Origin: Sminthopsis crassicaudata
Lineage: Eukaryota
Reading direction: 5' to 3'
DNA length: 64,000 nt
Assembly (NCBI RefSeq): GCF_048593235.1
Contig: NC_133623.1
Span: 81,175,752 to 81,239,751 of the forward strand
In this document: positions 1 to 12,500 of the stretch, piece by piece
Numbering within the stretch: the first letter of the stretch is position 1
Layout of the letters: every line of letters starts with the position of its first letter
Made by a program: the position numbers and the translations under genes
Notes under the pieces: model-generated
The model's database searches: none
What the model was told of the DNA's origin: nothing
What the model saw: the letters and a program-made list of their open reading frames with translations, nothing else

Positions 1-202
1 CTGATTGCTTACCATCTCGAGGAGGAGGAAGGGAGAAAGGCATAGAACTTGCAATTCAAAACTTGAAATAAAAATGTGAAAAATTGTCTTTCATGATCTA
101 CATAGTTTCTTTCCCCTGTATCCTAATGCATGGGAGGAACAAGTAAAATCAAACAACTGAAAACCAAAACAAGCATGTGTATGTGTGGGGAGCAGCTATT
201 AC

Positions 203-323
203 CACTTGTGGAACAGAAGAGATGGAGGCAGGATTCCACGTGGTCGATGTGCTTGTCTTCACCTGCCAGTTTGTTCCACCCGTCATTTTCTTTTCAGGAG
301 GCTGATTCCACTGGATGTCAGAT
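203..323 (-). CDS. PICALM-like exon 16
   Basis: [40 protein letters not shown] (cf. DVNWSQPGEKKLTGGSNWQPK); donor GTAATA, alternative in-frame GT 3 nt upstream. Confidence 0.9.
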
Positions 324-479
324 CTAAAATGAGACACATAAGTGAGCCTTTTCACATAGTGGCCCTCATCACAATGAGAAGATGAACTGAGAAGCCAAGC
401 AGTTAGCTATATGAAGCATTTGGGCATGCTAGGCCCTAAGTAAGATGCCACATATAGTTAACAAAGACTATATATGTGT

Positions 480-529
<50 letters not shown>

Positions 530-3500
530 CTCTGTTGAAATTTCTCCTCATCTGTCAGGTCCTTTAAAATCATTTCTCACCTGCTGGCCCAGCTCAGCGC
601 ATCAGAATTTGCTGCTTATTCAGCATGGCACTAGCCTCTGCCTATCGGAATCCTCCTCATCTCCCAAGCCTCAGCTCAGGTATCACTCTCGGCAAGTCTC
701 TCTGATCTACCTTGTTGGACAGTGTTCTGGCCCTTCCCTCAAGGGGTCCTAGAACCCTCAGGCCAGATCTCTCTTTGGCCCCGTCATCCCCCCACCATTT
801 ATTTACTTACCAGTTTGCGTATCCTATATTCCAACCAAAAAAATGGTACTAGTTCCTCAAGGCCAGGGGCTGCTGGATCCTTAACACAGTCCCTTTCCCA
901 GAGTTGGTACTTAAATGCTTGCGTTCTTGAACTGGTCCAGTGTCTCTCTAACCCAGGAGATAGTCTCTGGGAACTGCTCTGCCTATACCTATCACCACTC
1001 ACCCAAAGCCTGCTTCCAAAGAAAGATGTCCTGCCATGACAGCAGCCCCTGAGCTTGCAACCAGGGTACCATCAGCCCCTTCCTTTTTCCAGGGAGAGAA
1101 CCTGCTTCACAACAGCCTCCCAGCAGTCATTTCCACAAATATCGCTAGAGCTAGAACACCTGAGGAGCTATGTGACCTTGACCTGACTCTGAAATATCAT
1201 TTCTTGATAGTTTCATTAAGTGAAGACTCTATGCCATCAGTGGCATCAAATTTTGTGATCTCTATCACTCATTCACAGCCCAAGGTCCCATAATTTGGCC
1301 ACTCTGCTTGATTGAACCCCGGTCCAGCCCAGCCTAGCCAAGGCCTGGGAAGCACCCTCCTCAACCCCCCAGCATCATCTCTGGGACCAAAGTGCTCCTT
1401 GTATTGGGGTTTTACTTAACATCACATGTTTGTGAAGCCCGTGTCAGGTATGCCATACCAGTGTCTAGGTCCCTCGGGAGAGGGGAGACTGTCCCCCTCC
1501 TCCGGGCTAGCTCATTCATGGACTTAGCATGGGAGCATAGGGAGCTCAGAGAGAGGACAATGGGGGAGGGACTGTGTAGGTGGATGATGGAAGGGGGAAA
1601 GCTGGGTTGCCCAAAGCCCATGCGATGATAGGGGCGGTCAGGCTGGGACAAATCACAGACTCCTGGCCAACCGAGCCAAGAATGAGGCTCAAGGGAGTTT
1701 GGCTACAAAATCACAAGAACCCTGCAAGATTATTGTGAAATGATGTTGTTTGGGAGCAATGGTATATAGGATATGGGTAAATGAATGGTGGATAGATTGG
1801 TGGTGACTGGATGGTGGGTGGGTGGGTGATGGTGACTGGATGGTGGGTGGGTGATGGTGACTGGATGGTGGGTGGGTGGGTGGATGGTGAATGGATAGTG
1901 GGTGGGTGGATGGATGGTGGGTGGGTGGATGGTGACTGGATGGGTAGGTGGATGATGGGTGGGTGGGTGGGTGGATGGTGGGTGGATGTTTGGAAAAGCT
2001 TCACTGGAAGAACACTGGTTTGGGAGGTGGCAGCACTGGGTTCAAGTTCCAGCTGGGATCCACCTCTTGGCCTTTATGGGTCTTACATGAAGCCCTCCCC
2101 TATGAGGCCCTTTAAACTGTAGATTGATGGTTATTGGATCATTAAGCGCTCTTCACCTGTGATAAGTTTGAACCTTTCAGATGCCGTCCCACAATCCCAA
2201 CTGCCTACATCACTCCATTTTAACTCCTGGGCAGGCAGCCCTGCTCATGGTAATGTCTTAGAACTAAGCTGAAGACTTTTAATAAGTGATTTTCTGGGAC
2301 TAAACTTGTAACAAGCTTTAAGTTCTTTCATTTGGGCCTCTTCTCCAACACTGGACTAGTAGCAACCCTTTAAAAAAACAACAACAACTTACTTTTTGGG
2401 GCTTGTTCCAAAGTCGAGATCTGTTTTAACAAAACAAAAGAAAATATATCACTTTTCTTTAAAGTGCAAGAAGGTGCCACAATGGGCAGCCACCGAGCAT
2501 TAGGCGTGGAGAAGGAAAACCTGAGTTCAAGTCCAGCCTCAGAAACTTTCTAGCTATGTGACCCTGGCCAAGTCACTTCACTTCTGTCTGCCTCAGTTTC
2601 CTCATCTATAAAAGGAAAATCATAATAGCACCTCCTTCCCTGGGTTGTTGTGAGAACCAAATGAGATTTATAAGTGCTTAAGATAGTGCCTGACGCCTCC
2701 TGGGGGTTATGAAAATAGGTTTAAATTTAAATGGTGAACTGAGCACTTACTTCCCATAAGGTTGGCAAGGGAGGTGTCCAAGTCGTTCCCAAGGATCGAG
2801 CCACTCTGCTGACTGAGGGTAGCCTCCCTCTGTTCTGGAGCAGTTGATGATGACGGGGTGGCAGCACTATCTAAGTCCAGACCTGAAAGCAGACAAGAAT
2901 CAGAAGCAGACCTGGCAGAGTTTGTCTTAAGACAGTGGAGCTGGACTCAGCTCTCTGCTCTGGCTGGGGGAGCCTCATCTTCTTGGCTCGTTGGGGGGCG
3001 GGGTACAGACTTGCCTGGCAGACATGATTTCCAACCCTTTAAAAACAGGTCCATGAACAGCCATTTGTTACTAGTTGGTAAGCCAAAGACTTTCTGGGTT
3101 TCTGTCTTAAGGGTTTTTTTTATTTTTCAAGCTAATATTTTTATAATCCTAAATGGATGATGTCACTTGAGCTTCACAACAACTCTGGGAGGAAGCAGAT
3201 GAGGAAACTGAGGCAAACAGCTGAAGTGACCTGACTAGGGTCCTATAACTAAGCAATATAGAAATCACTCCATGATTGCAAAAGTCTACTACTAATAAAT
3301 AGTCTGGGAGCTGTCTCAAAGCATACTGGGAAGGAATTTAAGGTCCTGAGGTATTTATGTTGGTGTCCATATTTTTCTATGTTTATGAATTATTGGCCCT
3401 AAAGCAGCTCTCCCGACAAGGATTAGATAATTGGCTGCATCCAGACACTAGAGTCTAAATATACCTTGTGAGCAAGCGTCGAGATCATATTCCACCCCCT

Positions 3501-6500
3501 TCCCCCATCCCTGCTCTTTATTGCTCATGTCCAGAAACCACAAAGAAAGGAAGGGGGACCACAGATGCCTCAGACAACATTGGGCTGCCACCTGAGCTGA
3601 GCATCTCGAGTGTAAGAACACCCAAAATGCCTTGCTGCACAGGGTACCACCGTCCTCCCAAGATACCCCCGGGATAGCACATGGGCCTCTGTCAGGATAC
3701 CCCCTGGATGGCACAAAGGCCTCTGAGATTGGGATTCTGGTCATCACCTCAGACCCAATAAAATGTCACGTCTTGTTGATTTCACTTCCAATCTCTCCTC
3801 TCATCCTTCGTCTGTCTGCTTCCATGAGCATCTCTTTTTGCTTCTAATCTGACCCTTCTCCAACACATACTCCATGGAGCTGCCAAAGTGATGTTCTTAC
3901 AGTCCGTCACCAGGTCACTCCTTCCCAGGAAGCCTCCGTGGCTCCCTAATGTCTTGAAAATCAAATTCCTCTCCTTAGCGTCTAAAGCCCTTCACAATCT
4001 AGCCTCAATTCCCACCCTGATTTCACAGTACTCCTCCTCATGGTGCCCATGGCCATTTCCTACTCCAATCAGAACGGCCTGACTGCTATTTCGATATATA
4101 TTCCCCATCTACCACTTGCAGGCCTTTGCAATGGCCGGATCCCCCATGCTGGAAATGCTCTCTCTCCTCACTTCTACCACTGCCATCCTATAAGCCCTAG
4201 GGCTTAGAGCCTGTGTTTTGCAAGGTCTTTCTAGCAGAGCTTCCTATCTCTCCTCATCCTTTTATTTCGCTGTCAGAAATCCTTCTCAGCAAAGGTCACT
4301 GCCTGTCTGTTTCCAAAGTGCAGTCTGCTTAAGTAAGGACTCCCAGACTCCCAGGCCTGGCTTTGAAAGCTGCCGCTCATGGGTTCCATCCCTGGTCTCC
4401 TTTCCAGCTCATTTTCCTACACCTCTGTTTCATGGACTCCCTGGCCCTGGCATGTGCCTGCCAACAGCCCCTCCAACCTCCTTCCTCTTCGCCTGTTGAA
4501 TTCCCACCCATCCTTTAAAGCTCAACTTGATAGGCCCACCCACTTCATACATTCAATTGCCCACAAGACTGAGAGCCCAGCGTGGGAGGCAGGGGTCTCA
4601 TCTCATTTCTTATGGCCTGAAACAACAGGAAACATACAGAAAACTCTCGCCTTTAAGAATAGCAGGTTATCAGCCATCGTGATAGGGATGGGGCCTGTGA
4701 TCTTATTGGTTTAAGAACTTCTAGAGGGGGAAATCCCTCCTTCCAATGAAGGTGCAATTTCTAGTCTGAATTAGGGCTGCCTCAGCCCAGCTTCTTAAAC
4801 TAGGGGTCACAACCCCATACGGGGTTGTACAGCTGAATGTGGCGGTCACAAAATTCTGATTCGTTATCAGTAAACGTTTGATTTATAAGCCTCGTTTATA
4901 TACCTATATACCTGGGATTATATAAGCATTTCTTGGGCAAAAAGAGGTCATAAGTAAAAGAAGTTCAAAAGTCCATGCTTAGAGTGATTGTCACCCCACA
5001 CATGGGTGTTCATTGTGTGTCACCCCACAGTGTGTTCATGTATACATGTGCGTGTGGTCGTATGTGTGTATGTGTGTGTATTAGAGGAGGTCTTCCTGGC
5101 CTCCAGCCCAGCTTTCTGTCTCCTATATGATGTTACCTCTATCATTAATGAAGCTGTAAAAGTCCATATATACACACACACACACACACAAAAAAAAATC
5201 AGAAGGAGGGGCAGCTAGGTGGCGCAGTGGATAGAGCACCAGCCCTGAATTCAGGAGGACCCGAGTTCAAATCTAGTCTCAGACACTTAACACTTCCTAG
5301 CTGTGTGACCCTGGGCAAGTCACTTAACCCCAGCCTCAGAAAAAAGAAATATGAAAAAATCAGAAGGGACCCCAAATGGGGAGATTTTGCTCCTATAGTG
5401 TTTTATTTATGATATATTTTCAAATTATTTTTAAAAATATGTTATATTTGGAGACATAAGAAAAATGTGGGTTTGGGGTTCAAGACCTGGTTCTGATAAC
5501 TTACTGTGGAGGTGGGACGCCAAATACACAGTCAAGATTACATCGGTACCTCGGTTTAGTGGAAAGCTTCCCCTGCCCCCTTTTTCATTCTTTGCTACGA
5601 GGGACAACAGCTCAGGGGTGAGATATACTGGGCAATAAAGATGCCGGTCTAACACAAGAGCAGCAAGATGATTTAAAAACCAAAACCAAAAAGACCATGG
5701 AATAAGAGCTCACCAGAAAGAACAGAGCTGTTACTGGCAACTCTTGGCTGCAGGGGGCTTTCCCACAGCTATTCTCCACCATTGCCTTTGGGAAATCTAC
5801 AGTCAAGCATCTTACAGGCTGGCGTGGAAGCTGTGGAGGAGGCCACAGGCCTCATTATCCCCTGCTCTGTACTTCAATGCCACAATCTGACCTACAGCCG
5901 ACAGACCGTGCCAAGTCTTGCCCTATGAAGAATTGGTTAGCGTGCTTCTTCCTCCCACCCCACCCCTGTTAGACTGTAAGCTCTTTGAGGGCAGGGCCTG
6001 TCTTTTTGTCTCTTTTCTATCCCCAGATTTTAGGCCAATGCCTGGCACAGAGCAGGTGTCTACTAACAGTGTATCGATGGACTGATTGAAAGTTTAGCTC
6101 CCGAGCAGTCTGTGGGAGCAGTTCGATGGCTCAGCAAAGGAAAAATGGCAAATACTTGGAGATGGTGCAGCTTAATTCTTTCTAACAAGAGCAGGAGACA
6201 GCAGGGTCCAGTAGCAAAAGAGCCACTATCAAGCATGGGCAAGTCACTTTTCCTCTGTGCTCTAGGGCAAGAGCAGGGCAGGCCTCACGGGCTTGGGGGG
6301 GCACACCACTGGAGAAGGAAACGAGAGGCCAGTCTGTCCGCCTAATCAAATAGCGACTCGTCCTACACCGTGATATTCGTGAGTGCACAGAGCCTGGGTG
6401 AGGCACCCACCATACCTGGAGCCGAGAAGATCACGCCGTGCAATCGCTTGTGAAGTTCAGCCTCTGTCTCCTCGCCCTCCCACCAGGACGCAGGCAGCGT

Positions 6501-9500
6501 CTCTCTTGGGCACTGGGTTTTCCCGGGTAGACTGGAGGCATCATCCTGAAGAGGCTTTGGCTCAAACTCACCTAGCCCAAGGTGACAGGTGTGATCCATT
6601 CAAAGAACGTGCAAGAGAAAACAAAGAAAACCACAAGGTCAACAAAGAATCTTATTTTCAGTCATTATACAGAATGCAGGGAAAACAGTTTTGAATTCAA
6701 TTTCATTTTAGGTTGCAAATTCTTTCCCTTCCACACTCATAGCCATTGGAAAAAAACAAAGTCCAAGCCAAATGGCAGGGGATGGAGGTGAGAGGAAAGG
6801 GGAAGGGAAGGGAAGGAAGGGGAGGGAAAGAAGAAAGAAAAAAAAAAAGAAATGAGGGAAGAGGGGAAAGTGGATTTGCCCTTGAGTCCATCTCCTCTCT
6901 GGTATGGAGGTAGGAGGCATGTTTCATCAGGAGCCCTTTGAAGCTGTGGTGGCTCACTGTGTCGCTCAGAGTCTCTAAGTCCTCCCAAATTGATCAGTTA
7001 CATTATTGTTGTTGGTATACAAATCATTCTCTTGGTTCTGCTTACTTCACTTTGCATCAGTTCATATAAGTCTGCCCAGCTTTCTCCGAAACCATCCCCT
7101 CTATCATTTCTCACAGCACAATACTAATCGGCAAATAAACATTTATTAAGTGCCTTTATTTCTATTTTTAATCATTATTTATTATGCTCCAAGCACTGTA
7201 TTAAAAGCTACTATTCCATAACCTTCATGTATCCTAAGTTGTTCAGCTATTCCCCAGTTCATGGGCATCTTATTTCCCATTCTTTGCCAACACAAAAAGA
7301 GCCACTCTGAGTATTTTTCTACCCACAGTCCTTTTCCTCTTTGATCTCTTCGGGGTACAGCCCCAGTGTTAGTGTTGCTGGGTTGGAGAGTTAGCATTTT
7401 GGGGCATAATTTCAAAATGCTTTACAGAGAGTCTGGACCAGCTCACAGCTCTACCAACAATGCTTTGGTGTACCTGTTTTTCCACAGTCCCTCCAGTATC
7501 TGTCATTAAGACAAAGTCTTATCACTTTCATACTAACTGAGCCCCATGTGAACTAAGCTACTTGTCCCTTGGATTACCACATGCTGTGGCTAAAATCTTG
7601 ACTTCCTGCTTCCTCAAAGCCATGATTTCATGATCCCAAGCACTCCCTCCACTGGTGTAGATTGCTTTTCCTCTACCACTCAGCGGACAGACTGCCACCA
7701 GCCACTGAGACCAAAATTACCCATGGCCTGGTGGCTGAATACCTGATGATGAGCTTCTTGGGACTCGAAGCCGAGCCTCCAAATCTAGATCGCTCTGGAA
7801 AGCTTGCCAATTCAGCAAGGCCTGCCCTGGTTGGCACTCCACTGGCATTGTTCAAGATCTCACTCGCCCCCAGATCATAAAGAACTTTGGGAAGGTCTTA
7901 GAGGAAGCAAATCAAAACCTGTCTCAATGGGCTGGCCCCATGTGTGCTGAAGGCCGCCAGCAGCACCAATAAGGTCAGTCCCTAAGTGATACCGGCACCT
8001 CGGTCACATGTGGGGCCTCCACCACAAACCGTGGGTCGTAAGTACTGAATGTTCTCAGTGTCAGTGTCTGCTAACAATTGTTGATATCAAGTCAGAGACC
8101 TGCCTGGTGGCCAAAGGATAGGGAGAGAACATTCTGGAGATACCAGCAAGAAGATAAGACTGTTACCATCTGCCACTTGACTCTCTAAATCCAGTGATTT
8201 TGTTCCAAACACAGAGTCGAAATCCATAAGAACTTCTGAAGGAGCAGAGACTGGAACAGCTGGCAGAGGGAGCTCTGAGAAGACAGACACATAAAGGCAC
8301 TGTTACAGGGTGATAGTACAAAAATAAGCTCAAAGTTTCCACCAAGAAACAATCCTCAGCAATCATGGGACACACAGCCATGGATACACAATTAGGGATA
8401 TAATAATCTCCACCCAGATGGCAGCCTTTCTTACACAGAATATGATCAAGAAAAGGAAAGGAAGCAAATCAGCTTCCCAATATCCATGCACTTTAGTCCC
8501 AGGCATGTCCCTCACCGGAAACTCATTTACTCTTATTTTACAAACAGTTCTAACAAACTTAGTAATCTGGTTTTCTAATTCCACAGGAGACCCTGAAAGA
8601 CAGTGCTACGTCAAATAATTATTATTTATATCAATGGTCCTCAAGTATCATTCCTTAACAACAAAGGCTAAATTTCACTTTGTATATATTTGATTTCAAA
8701 AGGCCAAAAAAAAAATTACCCTTTTAAAAAAACTAAAAATGAACATTGCCACATAAAGGGCTGAAAAGGGACGATTTCTTAGCATAACGCCAGTTCCTGA
8801 AGATTTAGCCCCAGTGTCTTAGGCTGGAGTACAAACTCACCATTTTCCCAGGTTTGGCTTGGGGACGTCTTCGAAGTAGTGGCAGTGTTCCGTGAGTTGA
8901 AAACAAAAGCAGGCTGAAGATTAAATAGATCTCCAGAAACCTTGGTCAGACTGGGGTGGGGGACAGAAAAAGAGAGGGTGTGAATGACTCCAAACCACCT
9001 GATGTTGGATTAGGTTCATTTTTCATCCAATGTATAGGTTTAGAGGTAGCATATAATACAGAGAAATTCAGCCCTTGAACACATCAAACTGTGTTCTCCT
9101 TATAAATACATCTTTTGGAATTAGTGGACGTTTGACAAGTACAGTTTTATTAAGGATAAGACCAAATTATAAATAAAAGACAACTGAATTTGGTTCCTGT
9201 AACAGGCCAACTGACTTTGAATTGCAATGGATTGTCCATGGCACTCACATTGATAAACCTGTGGCTACTGTAGAAGGCCAGGGACTTAGCAGAAAAGTAT
9301 CCCAGGTGGACTGGCATCATTAACTGGCAGCTTGGTGGGTGGGTAACCATATGGTGCAGTGCATAGAGCAGGAAGAACTGAGTTCAAAAACAGCCTCAGA
9401 TACTCAACACTTATTATGTGATCCTGGGCAAGTCACTTAATCCCAACCGCCTCGGCAAAAATAAAAATAAATTGGTAATAAATTGGCAGCTTATTCCAGC

Positions 9501-12500
9501 TATAGACTTCACAAACGATTACACCAAGAACTTTTCTGTTTTTACAGAAATCTTCATTCACTTATTTTATATCAAATGTAACACCACTTAATCAGGAGGA
9601 TAATCTGTATCAAAAAATGCTTTAAGATTCTGTATTTTTAGAACATCTGTAAAATGGCAAAATTGTACCACATTAAATATTAATTTTTTGCTTGCTCTCA
9701 GAACAGCTGTTTTTAGTTTAAATGAAGTCCCAATTAACAATTTGAAGAATTTCAGGGAGGATGTGGTCACATTAAAGTTAACAGAATTAAAATACCCTAT
9801 TAGTATCAATTGGAAATTTCTTTTGTTTTTGGAAGTATCAAGAGCTTTTTAAGTATAGAATTTAAAATGCCAAGTGCCATTTCTTATTGACATTATATTT
9901 TACATTTACATGCAAGTGCATTTTGTAAGTTTTCTGTAAGTATAAAGTAGTATTTTCCACTGGAAAGTACTGACTTGGGCCTAAGGCTTAGGCTTTTCCT
10001 GGTTCCCATGATGATGGCTATACTGCTACACTACATTGTTGTACTTTGCTTTGTATCATAAGGCCACGAATTTCCATGTTGTTTGTAAATATAATAATTG
10101 AAAAGCAATAACAATTTTATTGAAAAAAAAAGTGGCTCCACATTTTTAAATATGATCAAACCTTGTTTCAAAATGTACCAAAGTTTCCCAGAGGCTGGCC
10201 TGTAAAAGGGCCCTGGGTTTGACCGGAGGGTTGTAGGTCTGCTGACCCCTGGATTTTATAAGAATGCAATTAATTATTGGGAATATTTCTGCTCTCTGGT
10301 TAAGTAAGGTTCTTCCACGCCATCTCCATGCACTTATGATTATCCTTGATGCCAATTGTCCTTTTTCTTTCTTTTTTTTTTGGGGGGGGGGGTAGTACTG
10401 ACCCTGTCATTTTCTAATATGAAAACTTCCTCTTAAAATCTCAATTGGTGCCAGTTCTGCCACTCATGCTCTAAGAATTGACTGGGTATGGGTCACCCAG
10501 AAAGGCTGGACCTGAAGCCATTGGACCGGGAGCTTCTGGAGAAAAGGGCTGACTTTTTATGGCTTAGTGCTGGGCTGGGCACACAGGAAGTGCTTAAACA
10601 ATGCTAGTTGACTGCCCCAGGTATTCCTGACTCAGAAGCTGGTCTTCTACCTCTTACGGCTCCCTGGCTGTCCCCAGATCCATGGTCGAACTATCGGATG
10701 GATATGAGCGTGGACTGTTGAGCTGCTGAAGTGGAAGTGTGAGGACAGCAAGACGGGCAACGTCTCTCCTGTCCACACTGAAGCCAGCACTTGGCCAACA
10801 GACCCACAGAATAAAATAATGAAAAGGCAATTAGGAAAGGGTGAGCCAGCAAAGACTCCAGCGGGCTGCTCTTTCAGAAACTTAGATGCATGAGTGAAAA
10901 GGAGAAATAAAAGAGGCTTTGAGTTTGACAGATTACTGTGGCAGATGGGGCTAGAGGGGCAACCTCGTCAGGGCCAGAGGAAGGAGTGGTTAAAATTCAG
11001 ACACCTGTGCACTGTGCAGAGCACCACTGGGAGAAAACGCCAAGCTTGTCTCACCTGGCGGATGGAGGCAAGATGGGGGCAAACGTATCAGCAGAGGGAG
11101 AAGCAGCGGTGTTTTTCCCGATCATCCCGGGAGACTCAGATGCAGATGCAGATGCAGAATTAGTCACGGATGGAATTTCTTTTAAACATCTTTCCTAAAA
11201 GAAAATGACAGATTGTCCAGCTGAACCTAAAGGGACCAAGATGGGACGCAGGCCTGCAATGGCTGCAGCAAATCTTGAGTTTGAAGAAGAGACGCTGTAC
11301 TTTCACAAGATCCACAGAAATTCATTTAGAATATTCCATTTTTTAAAAGGGTTTTCAAAAAGATCAAATAGGCAAGTTATAATTTCTCACAATTTTGGTT
11401 TCTTTATATGAAAATGGGGGTAATAATGTCATTGGTAGCTTAGAAAATCTATAGCTATATAGATAGATGAAGCTAGACAGAGCTACAAATATGTATATGC
11501 AGATATACAATCTTTCCATATTTCAAGTTGCACTGCTAACTCGAGAACAAAGATGTAATTTTACCTTTGTGGATTTCAGCTTCCTCATGTGTAAAACTGA
11601 AATAAACAATTTTATTTCCTCTCAGTGGTTGTGAAAAATGCAAGCTTTTACATGGGAAGTGATTCTTCTACCACACATTATATGTGCGCCGTTGGACAAA
11701 ACACTGCTTCCTGACTGAAATTTTTCTTCTATAAAATTAGGCCTGGCTAACGTGATTCAGGCCAATTCCAATAGACCTGGGCATCCACAGAGAGGACCAT
11801 GAGACTCGATGTGGATCATAACGTAGTATTTCTATCTTCATGATTATTGTTTGCTTGCTTGTTTTTTCTTCCTTCTCTCTTTCTGGTCTGAGTTTTCTTG
11901 GGTAGCATGATAAATGTGGAAATACGTTTAGGAGAATTGGCCATGTTTAACCTATACTGGATTGCTTGCTGTCTAGGGGAGGGAGAAAAATTTGGAACAC
12001 AAGGTCTTGCAAGGGTCAATGCTGCAAACTATGTTTGCTTATATTTTTTAAAACATAAAAAGTTATTATAAAAAAGTGTTTTCAGTACCAGACTTGATGT
12101 CACCATTAAGCAGCTAACTCCCGGCAGCCCCTTAAGGTTTTGCTGCAAAGTTCACCTCTTCCATCTTGGAAGAATTCTTTGCTGAGAATTCCGTAGCCGC
12201 CGTCCCACCTCCCCACCCCCCCCTTCCTGGCCATCCCTGCTCACACTTGCTCACAAGTATACTGGCCGAGGGGGAACGACCACCTCAGTGCTCCCCCGTG
12301 GCGAGAGACTGGCAGCAGAGCTAGCACTCCCACGGCTTTCCAGGCCACTTCGCTTACTGTTGCACTGAAAGCTGCCCACTGCTCTCTGTACTTTGAATTA
12401 CTGTTCTTATATTGTTTCCCAATTGGTTAACGTGGGGAATACAATGAATGGGTTCTTCCCACAGCTCACCCTCTGTACATCAGGAGGATACAAAGAAAGA

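Noticed and set aside
722-1293. Adjacent + strand ORFs that look coding-like
   Set aside because: No recognisable protein or transposase motif; stops in all minus frames; no supporting splice structure.
1711-2122. His/Pro-rich and Gly/Trp-rich ORFs
   Set aside because: Translations of the GGAT/GGGT microsatellite.
5208-5290. tRNA-like A/B boxes
   Set aside because: SINE heads, not tRNA genes; no cloverleaf, and they continue into the CORE domain.
8363-8600. Possible equivalent of the PICALM DPF/NPF exon (TTTCAG|GGTCTCC...CCG|GTGAGG)
   Set aside because: No similarity to the PICALM exon, and it would end in phase 0, incompatible with exon 13.
9249-9267. 19-nt exon-like segment CTACAG|TAGCCACAGGTTTATCAAT|GTGAGT on - strand
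   Set aside because: Frameshifting between exons 11 and 12; no supporting homology.
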